A stretch of 64,000 bases of DNA from Coriobacteriaceae bacterium. Lineage in GTDB: Bacteria; Actinomycetota; Coriobacteriia; Coriobacteriales; Coriobacteriaceae. The stretch covers positions 37,319 to 101,318 of the forward strand of contig JAUNDT010000003.1 of assembly GCA_030525945.1 (NCBI GenBank), in the 5' to 3' direction. The notes below the pieces were generated by a model. The model was not told the DNA's origin and made no database searches. It saw nothing but the letters and a program-made list of their open reading frames with translations. Below, piece by piece: positions 1-9,735 of this stretch. A program made the translations under genes and the position numbers. Every line of letters starts with the position of its first letter. Within the stretch, counting starts at the first letter, position 1.

Positions 1-1
1 C

Positions 2-931
2 GCCTACAACGTGCTCGTCCAGGCTTCCGATGCCGAGGCCGACGCCGTTGAGGGCATCAAGGCGTTCTACGAGAAGGACCCGCGCGGCGACGAGTTCGTC
101 GACCCGTTCGTCTGCCACAACGAGGGCATTCACGCCGGCGACGCCGTCATCTTCTTCAACTTCCGCCCGGACCGCGCCCGTCAGATGACCCGCGCGTTCA
201 CCGATGCCGCCTTCGACGGTTTCGAGCGCGAGAAGATCGAGCTGTCCCACTTCGTGACCATGACCGAGTACGACCCCACGTTCGACGTTGAGGTCGCCTT
301 CCCCAAGACGTTCCCGGAGAATGTCCTGGCCGACGTCATCGCCGCGAATGGCTTGAAGCAGCTGCATACCGCCGAGACTGAGAAGTACGCTCATGTCACG
401 TTCTTCATGAACGGCGGCGTTGAGGAGCCCAAGGAGGGCGAGGAGCGCGTGCTCGTGGCCTCTCCAAAGGTCGCAACGTACGACCTCAAGCCCGAGATGA
501 GCGCCCCTGAGGTCACCGAGAAGCTCGTCGAGGCCATCAACGAGGATCGCGCGGACTTCTACATCGTGAACTTCGCCAACTGCGACATGGTTGGCCACAC
601 CGGTGTGTTCGACGCCGCCGTTAAGGCCGTCGAGGCTGTCGATGAGGCGCTCTCCAAGGTCATCCCCGCCATTCAGGCCAAGGGCGGCTTTGCACTCATC
701 ACCGCCGACCACGGCAACGCCGATCACATGTTTGACGAGGTTGAGGGTGAGAAGAAGCCCTTCACCGCGCACACCACCAACCGTGTGCCGTTCATCATCG
801 TGAGCGACTCCGCTAAGCTCGCCGGCATCGAGGACGGCCGTCTGTCCGACATCGCCCCCACGATGCTCACCATGGCCGGTCTCGAGCCCTCCGCCGAGAT
901 GACCGGTCGCGTTCTCGCCACCGAGGAGTAG
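2..931 (+). CDS. gpmI: 2,3-bisphosphoglycerate-independent phosphoglycerate mutase, C-terminal part (runs off the window's 5' edge)
   Basis: Motifs FFNFRPDRARQ, AETEKYAHVTFF, NFANCDMVGHTG, TADHGNAD and HTTNRVP. Confidence 0.96.
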   Translation, partial: AYNVLVQASDAEADAVEGIKAFYEKDPRGDEFVDPFVCHNEGIHAGDAVIFFNFRPDRARQMTRAFTDAAFDGFEREKIELSHFVTMTEYDPTFDVEVAFPKTFPENVLADVIAANGLKQLHTAETEKYAHVTFFMNGGVEEPKEGEERVLVASPKVATYDLKPEMSAPEVTEKLVEAINEDRADFYIVNFANCDMVGHTGVFDAAVKAVEAVDEALSKVIPAIQAKGGFALITADHGNADHMFDEVEGEKKPFTAHTTNRVPFIIVSDSAKLAGIEDGRLSDIAPTMLTMAGLEPSAEMTGRVLATEE

Positions 932-965
932 CGCTTTTAGGGTTCTCCCAGGTAAGGCGCACTTT

Positions 966-1000
966 GGCACCCGTCGGCAACCATGCCGGCGGGTGTTTTT
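966..1000 (+). terminator. Intrinsic terminator after gpmI
   Basis: ggcacccgtcggc-aaccat-gccggcgggtg stem followed by a T run. Confidence 0.75.
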
Positions 1001-1075
1001 CTTGCTTACGCAGTCGGACGTCCCTTCGCGTCAATGTTGGGGACCGACAGTGGTGCAGGGCCGGGCGGCCAATTT

Positions 1076-1131
1076 GGTTCACAAGCGAACAAAACTTGCG
1101 AGATTCGAAAAGTTTTGTTCGTTCGTGAACC
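1076..1131. repeat. Imperfect palindrome, copy 1 (22-bp arms)
   Basis: ggttcacaagcgaacaaaactt...aagttttgttcgttcgtgaacc; a related copy lies at 2606-2661. Confidence 0.85.
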
Positions 1132-1406
1132 GTTTTGAGTGGAGTGAGGTGTCAGCTCGCAGGAGCCCCTTGCGCCAGAGGAGCCTCGTCCGCAGAAGTT
1201 TTGTGCCAACGTCTATCCGCGCGCGGGGGTTTTCTTCGGACTCGAGTCGCCCTTCTTATCGTTGAGACGTCAACCAACGCGCAGCCTGTACTTCATCCCT
1301 TCGGGCTTGAACCGTCCTTCTTGACGTTGGGGCCTCACGAGTCTGAAGCGCCCTTCTCACCGTTGGAACCTTGCGAGCTCGAGGCACCCTTCAGGTTGTT
1401 GAAGTT

Positions 1407-2402
1407 TCACTCGCTCCCGTTGGCGCGTTTCCACTCGCGAATAAAATGCAATCTCAATTTGTTTTGGGCGTCCTGAAAGGCGGCGCTCGAATCAACAGGG
1501 ATATTAAGATCGAGCGCCACGGCGTTGAGCGCACGGTGGAGGGCGAGCTGCTCGGAGAATTGAACTCGTGTGATGACGTGCGTTCGAATCCCGAGTGCGG
1601 CAAGCACGGTGTGGCGTTCCGCATCGCGGGCGCGTTGCTGGGCGGGTGCGTGAACCTCGCCGTCATATTCGATCCCGATGTGCTTTTGAGCTGCGTAGAT
1701 GTCGACCTCAAGATGGTTCGAGGTCGTAATCGTTCGAAGGTGCTCAGGGATCTCTATGCGCACATTCATGTCGATTCCGCGATATCCAAGGCCGCCAAGG
1801 CGACGAGGCAGGCAAATCATCATGGCAAGCGCCGTTTCCATGGGGGAGCGCGAGTGGTCTCTCACGCGCGCGAGTGCCTTGCGTGCTTTTTTGACGCCTT
1901 TGAATCCGGCGTGCTGCTCAAGATAGAGCTGAATACTCGAGCGTGACGTGAGGGGAGGCCGCGAGGTAAAGCCTAAGCTTCCGTCATGCGATAGAGAGGT
2001 CTCGTACATTCCGCAGAGCTTGTAGCCAAGCTCGCTAAGTCGAAGCGCATCAAGGCTGCTGGCTGCCTGTAAAAAGCACAGTTCCTCGCATACAACGCAA
2101 AGGCCTGGCACGAGTTCATGAACGTCGCGCTCGGTTAGAAGCGACCCGAAAGAGTGTGGACAGAAAACACTTGAGTCTATCCGCATGAAATCCATCGCAA
2201 CGATGACGTCGATTTCGGAGAGATGCTCGTTGGGGATGCCGCAATCGGCAAGAAACCGCTGGATGCGAGAGGCGACTTCGCGCGAGGAGATGCCAAGTTC
2301 CGAGATGCCGTAATCGCGATTGCTCGAAAGGACGCTATGTCGAAGCGGCGCATGGTAGAACAATCGAGCCGTGCGATGTGAGAGGACGACCGGCCTATCC
2401 AT
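1407..2402 (-). CDS. Hypothetical protein with a C-terminal DUF559/Vsr-like endonuclease domain (multicopy family in Coriobacteriia)
   Basis: 331 aa; SRSPMETALAMMICLPRRLGGLG followed by EVDIY...IEYDGEVH...RDAERHTVLAALG. Confidence 0.7.
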   Translation of the reverse strand: MDRPVVLSHRTARLFYHAPLRHSVLSSNRDYGISELGISSREVASRIQRFLADCGIPNEHLSEIDVIVAMDFMRIDSSVFCPHSFGSLLTERDVHELVPGLCVVCEELCFLQAASSLDALRLSELGYKLCGMYETSLSHDGSLGFTSRPPLTSRSSIQLYLEQHAGFKGVKKARKALARVRDHSRSPMETALAMMICLPRRLGGLGYRGIDMNVRIEIPEHLRTITTSNHLEVDIYAAQKHIGIEYDGEVHAPAQQRARDAERHTVLAALGIRTHVITRVQFSEQLALHRALNAVALDLNIPVDSSAAFQDAQNKLRLHFIREWKRANGSE

Positions 2403-2605
2403 GTGCCCCCTTTCGTTGGATGGTGCCTGAAGGTATTCCCGTTGATCGTCGGGTTTAGTCGGTTGCAGGCATGCTTATTTCGAAAGGGGGCCTTCGTTGG
2501 ACGTGAGGTTTTAGGGAGATTGACCGCGCGCCTGGGTCGGCAAAGGGCGGTTTTTGCTGCAACGGGCGATATGGCCCGTTTCGGCAGGTATCATTCATCT
2601 AAAGT

Positions 2606-2661
2606 GGTTCACAACCGAACAAAACTTTTCGATTTCAGAAAGTTTCGTTCGGTTGTGAACC
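2606..2661. repeat. Imperfect palindrome, copy 2
   Basis: ggttcacaaccgaacaaaacttt...aaagtttcgttcggttgtgaacc; direct repeat of 1076-1131. Confidence 0.85.
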
Positions 2662-2890
2662 GGTTTGGGGATGGGGCGGAAGCAGATGCCCTGGAAGCGG
2701 AGGCTTGCATGCAGTAAGGGAAGGCCGATTTCCCGCGAGCGGAAGCGAACGTCCCAAAAAGTGGCGGTTGAAGCACCGAAGAGACGTCCATGCGCGTGTG
2801 CAAATCCTCTTCTTTGAAGTTTCGAAGCAGCGTGAGGGGAGTGTGGTACTATTACTCGCTGTACGTGAATTCAGCTCAAAGGAGTTCCCT

Positions 2891-3145
2891 GTGGGTCCGT
2901 TGCAGATTGTTCTCTTTGTTGTGTGGGCGCTGTCCACGCTCGCTCTTATCGCCCTCGTGCTTATGCACTCCGGCAAGGGCACCGGCGTTTCCGATATGAT
3001 CGCCAGCTCCCTGTATAACGCCAGCACCGCCACGGGCGTTATGGAGAAGAACCTCGACAAGCTCACCGTTATCGTCGCGTGCGTGTTTGCCGCTTGCATC
3101 GTGCTTGCCATGTTCTTCTTCCCGCAGGGTATCGTGGGTCTGTAA
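2891..3145 (+). CDS. secG: Preprotein translocase subunit SecG
   Basis: GTG start after the aaaggag RBS; two TM segments; VLMHSGKGTGVS...EKNLDKLT. The ORF-track start at 2705 is probably too far upstream. Confidence 0.88.
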   Translation: MGPLQIVLFVVWALSTLALIALVLMHSGKGTGVSDMIASSLYNASTATGVMEKNLDKLTVIVACVFAACIVLAMFFFPQGIVGL

Positions 3146-3168
3146 GAAACCGCGCAGAGCGTTGCCTG

Positions 3169-3200
3169 AGCCCGTCCGGTGAAAGCCGGGCGGGCTTTTT
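3169..3200 (+). terminator. Intrinsic terminator after secG
   Basis: agcccgtccgg-tgaaag-ccgggcgggct followed by a T run. Confidence 0.85.
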
Positions 3201-3613
3201 CGTGCTGAACGCGATTGGCGAGGAATGACGAAGGCGGCGATGTTTGCGCATGCGCGAACCGTGGGTGGGGAGAACCTGGGCAATGCGGGCGCCAGCAGCC
3301 CCATCGCGTTACATATTGGAAACAAATCGGACACATTTGCGGGCGGCTCAGAGTTCTTTTATGCACTAAAGCGCAGTTTATCGAGGGAATACTGTAACAG
3401 GCTAAAGAAAAAGTCGCTCAAATCGAGGAAAACTCGCACTCCAGTATGCAAAAGTGCGCTATGGTATTGACCACATCGAGCGTGGCCCGAACAGCCTTGG
3501 GGCCAAGCCGATGAACGGAAGCGCGGCACGCGTGTTTGCACCTTCCGGTCGCACCAAGAGGGTGCGCAACCGGCGTCGCGTTTTTGTGTAAGCTGCATTT
3601 CAAGGAGGATGAC

Positions 3614-5296
3614 ATGGCTGACACCAAGTTTACCCAGCCCGTTATGGGACGTCGCACCTTCATCGGCGGTACGCTCGCCGCTGGCGCAGTTGCCGCTTTG
3701 GCCGGCTGCGGCGGCGAGAGCAAGGACGGCGGCAAGCCCGCTTCCGGCGACAAGGTCATGAACTTCTACCTGTCCGAGCCTGCCTTCATCGATCCTTACA
3801 ACGCTCAGGAGAACCAGGGCACCGCTGTTGTCTTCGCGACCTTCGACGGCCTGATGGAGTGGGACTGGGATACCGCTTCCCCGGTTCCCGCCTGCGCCGC
3901 TGAGGCCCCGACCGTTTCCGAGGACGGTCGCGTGTACACCTTCAAGCTCCGTGAGGGTATGAAGTTCCACAACGGCGACCCCGTTGACGCCGAGTCCTTC
4001 ATCCGCGGCTGGAAGCGCGTTGCTTCCCCCAAGATGGAAGCTCCTTCCGACATCTGCTACCACCTCGCTCCCGTTGCCGGCTACAAGGAGTTCAACGCCG
4101 GCGACACCGAGGAGTTCGCCGGCCTTAAGGCCGTTGACGAGCTGACCCTCGAGGTCACCCTCACCGATCCCATGGCCGACTTCCCGGCCGTGTGCTGCCA
4201 CCCCGGCCTCGCTCCCGTGCCCCAGTGCGCCTTGGACGACCCCAAGGCCTTCCTCGAGCGGCCCATCGGCAACGGCCCGTTCATGCTGACTGAGCCCTGG
4301 AAGCACAACCAGTACATCAACCTCGCCAAGTTCGAGGACTACTACGGCGACGCCCCCAAGCTCGACGGCGTGTACATGTCCATCCAGAAGGACCCGGACA
4401 CCGCCTTCAACGAGTTCGAGGCCGGTTCCATGGACTTCGCCGCCATCCCCACGGGCAAGATCAAGAAGACCGTCGAGAAGTACGGCAAGTCCGAGGACGG
4501 CTTCACCTCCACCCCGGGCAAGCAGGTCATGCTCGGCACTGAGCTCTCCACCTACTTCCTGATCCCCAGCCCGACCGATCCTTACCTGGGCAAGGATAAC
4601 CCCAAGGCCTCCATGGTCCGTCGCGCCCTGTCCTTGGCTATCGACCGCCAGAACATCGTCGACACCCTGTTCGAGGGCTCCCGCATGCCGGCTACCTCCA
4701 TCATGCCCACCTCCATCGACGATTCCCCCGAGAACGTCTGGGAGGACTGCAAGTACGATCCCGAGGCCGCTGCCAAGCTCCTCGACGAGGCCGGCTACCC
4801 CGCCAACGGCGACGGCAAGCGCGACATCCAGATCACGCTGAACTACAACGGCGACGGCGATCACGGCGACCTCATGTCCGCCGTCCAGCTGAACCTCGAG
4901 AAGGTCGGCATCACCGTTGAGCAGTCCACGGTCGAGTGGGCTACCTACCTCACCCAGCTCTCCGAGAAGAACTTCTGCCTCGGCCGCCTCGGCTGGACCG
5001 CCGACTACCCGACCATGGACAACTTCCTCTACCCCAACTTCTACACGGGCGCTGACAACAACTACGAGGAGTACAGCAACCCCGAGGCCGACAAGCTCAT
5101 GCTCGAGGCCCGTCAGATCAAGGACGAGGAGCAGCGCAAGGCCGCTTGCCGTAAGATCTGCAACCTCATCGGTAAGGACATGCCGGTTATCCCGATCATG
5201 TTCTACGCTCACAACTACGTTGGCTCCGAGCGCATGAAGTCCTTCAAGTACGACGCTCAGGCCAAGCCGCACTTCCAGACCGCCGAGCTTGCGTAA
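3614..5296 (+). CDS. oppA: Peptide ABC transporter substrate-binding lipoprotein (family 5), Tat-type signal
   Basis: ATG after the aaggagg RBS; GRRTFIGG twin-arginine motif and LAGC lipobox; YTFKLREGMKFHNGDPVDAE family-5 signature; first gene of the BCDF operon. Confidence 0.9.
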   Translation: MADTKFTQPVMGRRTFIGGTLAAGAVAALAGCGGESKDGGKPASGDKVMNFYLSEPAFIDPYNAQENQGTAVVFATFDGLMEWDWDTASPVPACAAEAPTVSEDGRVYTFKLREGMKFHNGDPVDAESFIRGWKRVASPKMEAPSDICYHLAPVAGYKEFNAGDTEEFAGLKAVDELTLEVTLTDPMADFPAVCCHPGLAPVPQCALDDPKAFLERPIGNGPFMLTEPWKHNQYINLAKFEDYYGDAPKLDGVYMSIQKDPDTAFNEFEAGSMDFAAIPTGKIKKTVEKYGKSEDGFTSTPGKQVMLGTELSTYFLIPSPTDPYLGKDNPKASMVRRALSLAIDRQNIVDTLFEGSRMPATSIMPTSIDDSPENVWEDCKYDPEAAAKLLDEAGYPANGDGKRDIQITLNYNGDGDHGDLMSAVQLNLEKVGITVEQSTVEWATYLTQLSEKNFCLGRLGWTADYPTMDNFLYPNFYTGADNNYEEYSNPEADKLMLEARQIKDEEQRKAACRKICNLIGKDMPVIPIMFYAHNYVGSERMKSFKYDAQAKPHFQTAELA

Positions 5297-5333
5297 GCAT
5301 GCGACGCATCGGCTAAATCGATAGCGCATTTGC

Positions 5334-5367
5334 AGCAGGGCATCGCGCGAGCGATGTCCTGCTCTTT
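5334..5367 (+). terminator. Hairpin or probable terminator between the binding-protein gene and the permease
   Basis: agcagggcatcgc-gcga-gcgatgtcctgct followed by cttt. Confidence 0.55.
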
Positions 5368-5524
5368 GTATTGAGAGGCGCAAGTGGGGGAGTACGAGCG
5401 CTTCAGTGCTGTATATCTACGCATAATCCCCGCAGTATTTCCTAACAGGTGACGTATAATTTCGTTTTATGCTGCTTTCACTGCAGCGACGTGTAGTGTC
5501 CACGAGACTAGGGAGGGTATCGCT

Positions 5525-6559
5525 GTGCTCAGGTACATCCTCAAGCGAATCCTGCAGTTCATCCCGGTCTTCCTCGGCGTCACGCTTATTCTGTTCATCA
5601 TGCAGAATGTCGTGCCCGGCGACCCGATCAAGCTGATCGCCGGCGAGAAGAAGATGGATCCCCAAACGGAGATGAACATCCGCGCGGCTCACGGCTTGAT
5701 CGTGACCGACGAGAACGGCAACATCGTCTTTGACGAGAATGGTGACACCATCGAGACTCCGCTGGTGAGCCGTTACTTCAACTATCTGGGCAACCTGCTC
5801 CAGGGTGACCTCGGCACTTCCTACCAGAAGGGCCGCGACGTCAGGGACATGATCTTCGAGGCGTATCCCTACACGGTGCAAATCGCCCTCGTAGCTATTG
5901 TCCTCGAGGCGATCGTCGGCGTGGGCGCGGGTATTATCTCCGCCATTAAGCGCTACTCCTTCTGGGACATCCTCGTGACGCTCACCACGTCGATGCTCGT
6001 TGCAATGCCGGCGTTCTGGCTCGGCTTGCTGCTCCAGCTGTTCTTCGGCATCTGGCTCAAGGACGCCACGGGCGGCGCCTTCGCCCTCCCGGTTTCCGGC
6101 GTGCCCGGCCCGCACCCGCAGTTCCCCGGCTGGATGTACTACATCCTTCCCGCCATCACGCTTGCGGCCGTGTCCACCGCCTATACCGCGCGCATCATGC
6201 GCTCGCAGCTGGTCGAGGTCATGAACCAGGACTACATCCGCACCGCCAAGGCCAAGGGCCTCTCCAAGCGCTCGATCATCTTCCATCACGCGCTCAAGAA
6301 CGCCCTCATCCCGGTTGTCACCTATATTGGTATGGACTTCGGCGCGATGCTCGCCGGCGCGATCCTTACCGAGACGGTCTTCAACTGGCCGGGCATTGGC
6401 CAGCAGACCTACGTTGCCATTACGCAGCGTGACTGGCCGATCGTTATGGGCTCCATCACGGTCATCGTTGTTGTGGTTATGATCATCAACCTCATTGTCG
6501 ACGTGAGCTACGCGTTCCTCGATCCGCGTATCCGCCTTGGCAACAAGAGCGAGAAGTAG
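5525..6559 (+). CDS. oppB: Peptide ABC transporter permease (OppB/DppB)
   Basis: MLRYILKRILQ, PGDP, GDLGTSY and the EAA loop DYIRTAKAKGL. Confidence 0.92.
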   Translation: MLRYILKRILQFIPVFLGVTLILFIMQNVVPGDPIKLIAGEKKMDPQTEMNIRAAHGLIVTDENGNIVFDENGDTIETPLVSRYFNYLGNLLQGDLGTSYQKGRDVRDMIFEAYPYTVQIALVAIVLEAIVGVGAGIISAIKRYSFWDILVTLTTSMLVAMPAFWLGLLLQLFFGIWLKDATGGAFALPVSGVPGPHPQFPGWMYYILPAITLAAVSTAYTARIMRSQLVEVMNQDYIRTAKAKGLSKRSIIFHHALKNALIPVVTYIGMDFGAMLAGAILTETVFNWPGIGQQTYVAITQRDWPIVMGSITVIVVVVMIINLIVDVSYAFLDPRIRLGNKSEK

Positions 6560-6571
6560 GAGGGGAGAGGA

Positions 6572-7519
6572 ATGCAGTACCCGAATCTCGACTCGGTTAA
6601 CGTCGAAGGCGCTCCGGCTCAGGCTGTGAAGCGCGACGGCCAGGCCGGTAAGTCCCGCACCCTGTGGGGCGACGCCCTCAAGCGCCTGAAGAAGAACAAG
6701 CTCGCAATGTTCGCCATTGTGTGGATCTTGCTCATCGTCGTGATCGCTGTCACCGCCGACCTCTGGGTCCCCCAGACGCTCGGCGACCCCACGGCCTCCG
6801 ACACCGCCACCATGGCATCCAGCTCCCGACTTGCCCCGTCGCTTGAGCACCCCTTCGGCACCGACACGCTCGGCCGTGACGTTTTGTCCCGCGTTATCTA
6901 CGGCGCGCGCATCTCGCTGACCGTCGGTATCGTCGCCACCGGCATCTCCACGGCCATCGGCCTGGTCATGGGCGCCCTCGCCGCGTACTACGGCGGCATT
7001 TGGGACGCGATCATCATGCGCTTGGCCGATACGTTCCTGGCGTTCCCCTACACGCTGTTCGTCATCGCGATGATCGCGGTTATGGGCGACGGTATCCAGA
7101 ACGTCTTTATCGCCATCGGTATTTTGGGCTGGCCCTCGATTGCCCGCGTGTTCAGAAGCGCCATCCTCTCCGTTAAGGAGAGCGACTACATCGATGCCGC
7201 TCGCTCGATGGGTGCTTCCGACATTCGCATCATCGCTCGTCACATTTTCCCGAACTCCGTTGCGTCGATCGTTGTGTACGCCACGATGAACATCGGCGGC
7301 GCCATCCTTACCGAGGCCGCCCTTTCGTTTCTGGGTCTGGGCGTCATCCCGCCGGATCCGTCTTGGGGCACCCTGATTCAGGAGGGCCAGAAGTTCCTGC
7401 AGACCGAGCCCTGGCTCATGATCCTGCCCGGCCTCGCCATCCTGACCACCGTTCTTGCGTTCACCCTGCTCGGCGACGGCCTGCGTGACGCTCTCGACGT
7501 GAAGATGAAGGACGCGTAA
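6572..7519 (+). CDS. oppC: Peptide ABC transporter permease (OppC/DppC)
   Basis: HPFGTDTLGRDVLSRVIYGARISL, YIDAARSMGAS and TEAALSFLGLG. Confidence 0.92.
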   Translation: MQYPNLDSVNVEGAPAQAVKRDGQAGKSRTLWGDALKRLKKNKLAMFAIVWILLIVVIAVTADLWVPQTLGDPTASDTATMASSSRLAPSLEHPFGTDTLGRDVLSRVIYGARISLTVGIVATGISTAIGLVMGALAAYYGGIWDAIIMRLADTFLAFPYTLFVIAMIAVMGDGIQNVFIAIGILGWPSIARVFRSAILSVKESDYIDAARSMGASDIRIIARHIFPNSVASIVVYATMNIGGAILTEAALSFLGLGVIPPDPSWGTLIQEGQKFLQTEPWLMILPGLAILTTVLAFTLLGDGLRDALDVKMKDA

Positions 7520-7522
7520 ACC

Positions 7523-8641
7523 ATGGCTAAGAAGAACGAGAACTACAAGGACCTCAAGGAGCAGCCGATTCCTGAGGGCCAGCACCTGCTCGAGGTCGAC
7601 GACCTCAAGATGTACTTCCACACCGAGGACGGCGTGGTGCACGCGGTCGACGGCGTCTCCTACACGCTCGATCGCGGCGAGACCCTGGGCGTCGTCGGCG
7701 AGTCCGGCTCCGGTAAGTCCGTGACTGCCATGACCATCATGGGCCTTATCAACATGCCTCCCGGAAAGATCGAGGGCGGCTCGGTCACTTATCGCGGTCG
7801 CGACCTGCTCGCCATGTCCGAAGAGGAGATGCAGCACGTCCGCGGTAACGACATCGCTATGATCTTCCAGGACCCCATGACCTCCCTGAACCCGGTCTAC
7901 AAGATCGGCCGTCAGGTGGGCGAGGGCCTGCGCCTGCATCGCGGTTACTCCAAGCAGGAGGCGCTCAAGCGCGCCACTGAGCTTCTCGACCTCGTGGGCA
8001 TCCCCGAGCCCGAGAAGCGCGTGAATCAGTACCCGCACCAGTTCTCCGGTGGTATGCGCCAGCGCGTCATGATCGCCATGGCGCTCGCCTGCGACCCCGA
8101 CATCCTGATCGCCGACGAGCCCACCACGGCGCTCGACGTGACCATCCAGGCGCAGATCATTGAGCTCATGCAGGAGATGCAGGAGAAGAACGGCAACGCC
8201 ATCATCATGATCACGCACGACCTCGGCGTCGTTGCCGATATGGCCGATAAGATCATGGTCATGTACGCCGGTCACCCGGTTGAGTTCGGCACCGCCGACG
8301 AGATCTTCTACGAGAGCCGTCATCCCTACACTTGGGGTCTCATCCGCTCGATCCCCGAGCAGGCGACCGACGAGAAGAAGCCGCTCACGCCGATCCACGG
8401 CAACCCGCCTTCGCTCGTCAACCTCCCCAAGGGCTGCGCGTTCGCGCCCCGTTGCCCCTACGCGACGGACCTGTGCCGCGAGAAGCGTCCTGAGAAGTAC
8501 GTGATGCCGAACGGCCACTACTCCGAGTGCCACTACGCCGACGACGACGCGTTCGTGAAGAAGTTCGCGCCCGACACCTCTCGTTCGCGCGAGACCATCC
8601 CGACCGCCGTGCCTGCTGACAAGAAGGGGAGTGAGGCGTAA
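7523..8641 (+). CDS. oppD: Peptide ABC transporter ATPase (OppD/DppD)
   Basis: Walker [27 protein letters not shown] and a C-terminal Cys-rich oligopeptide ABC domain. Confidence 0.93.
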   Translation: MAKKNENYKDLKEQPIPEGQHLLEVDDLKMYFHTEDGVVHAVDGVSYTLDRGETLGVVGESGSGKSVTAMTIMGLINMPPGKIEGGSVTYRGRDLLAMSEEEMQHVRGNDIAMIFQDPMTSLNPVYKIGRQVGEGLRLHRGYSKQEALKRATELLDLVGIPEPEKRVNQYPHQFSGGMRQRVMIAMALACDPDILIADEPTTALDVTIQAQIIELMQEMQEKNGNAIIMITHDLGVVADMADKIMVMYAGHPVEFGTADEIFYESRHPYTWGLIRSIPEQATDEKKPLTPIHGNPPSLVNLPKGCAFAPRCPYATDLCREKRPEKYVMPNGHYSECHYADDDAFVKKFAPDTSRSRETIPTAVPADKKGSEA

Positions 8642-9664
8642 ATGGCCGAGAACAACATGCCTCTGCTCAAGGTTGAGCACCTGACGAAAGAGTTCCCCAC
8701 CGGCTCCGGCTTCATGGGTGGCAAGTTCTCCAAGAAGGTCGTCTCCGCCGTCAACGACGTCTCGTTTGAGATTCACGCCGGCGAGACCTTCGGTCTGGTT
8801 GGCGAGTCCGGCTGCGGTAAGTCCACCACCGGTCGCGCCATCATGCACCTCGATCCTCCCACTTCGGGCAAGGTGTACTTCGAGGGCAAAGACATCTCCA
8901 AGATGAACAAGCACCAGCTCAAGGATCTCCGTCGTGAGATGCAGTTCATCTTCCAGGACCCTTACGCTTCGCTGAACCCGCGTATGACCATCGGCGAGAT
9001 CATCTCCGAGCCTATGGTCATCCACGGCATCGGCACGCCCGAGGAGCGCATCGAGCGCGTCCGCGAGCTGCTGGACGTTGTTGGTCTGAACCCCGAGCAC
9101 ATCAACCGCTACCCACACGAGTTCTCTGGCGGTCAGCGCCAGCGCGTGGGTATCGCCCGCTCGTTCATCCTGCGCCCCAAGCTCATCATCTGCGATGAGC
9201 CGGTCTCCGCTCTCGACGTGTCCATCCAGGCTCAGGTCCTGAACCTGCTCAAGGATCTGCAGAAGCAGTACGGCACCGCCTATCTGTTCATCGCGCATGA
9301 CCTGTCCGTGGTTCAGCACATCTCCGACCGCGTGGCCGTCATGTACCTCGGTAAGATGGTCGAGCTCTCCGACTGGAAGCGCCTCTACGCCGAGCCGCAT
9401 CATCCGTACACGCAGTCCCTGCTGTCCGCCGTGCCGATTCCGGATCCGGACGTCCAGAAGAACCGCAAGCGCATTATTCTGGCCGGCGACCCGCCGTCGC
9501 CGATCGACCCGCCGACCGGCTGCCGTTTCCACACGCGCTGCCCGATCGCGCAGGCAAAGTGCTCCGAGGCCGCGCCTGAGTTCCGCGAGGTCAAGGACGG
9601 CCACTTCTGCGCCTGCCACTTCGCCCAGCCGTTCCCCATTAAGGAATCGCATATCGACCTTTAG
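8642..9664 (+). CDS. oppF: Peptide ABC transporter ATPase (OppF/DppF)
   Basis: [26 protein letters not shown] and GCRFHTRCP. Confidence 0.93.
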   Translation: MAENNMPLLKVEHLTKEFPTGSGFMGGKFSKKVVSAVNDVSFEIHAGETFGLVGESGCGKSTTGRAIMHLDPPTSGKVYFEGKDISKMNKHQLKDLRREMQFIFQDPYASLNPRMTIGEIISEPMVIHGIGTPEERIERVRELLDVVGLNPEHINRYPHEFSGGQRQRVGIARSFILRPKLIICDEPVSALDVSIQAQVLNLLKDLQKQYGTAYLFIAHDLSVVQHISDRVAVMYLGKMVELSDWKRLYAEPHHPYTQSLLSAVPIPDPDVQKNRKRIILAGDPPSPIDPPTGCRFHTRCPIAQAKCSEAAPEFREVKDGHFCACHFAQPFPIKESHIDL

Positions 9665-9674
9665 TGGTGATGCG

Positions 9675-9706
9675 CCCCGCTTGGTATATTCCAAGCGGGG
9701 TTTTTT
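9675..9706 (+). terminator. Intrinsic terminator after oppF
   Basis: ccccgcttgg-tatatt-ccaagcgggg followed by tttttt. Confidence 0.85.
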
Positions 9707-9735
9707 GTTCGAAAAAGGTATGCAGAGGTATTCAT

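Noticed and set aside
5417-9694. Very long antisense ORFs (also 3359-5383, 16229-18568, 39347-41353, 52491-54890 and 55226-57352)
   Set aside because: They mirror well-supported genes on the other strand. Strong G/C third-position bias removes antisense stops, and they show no recognisable motifs or RBS.
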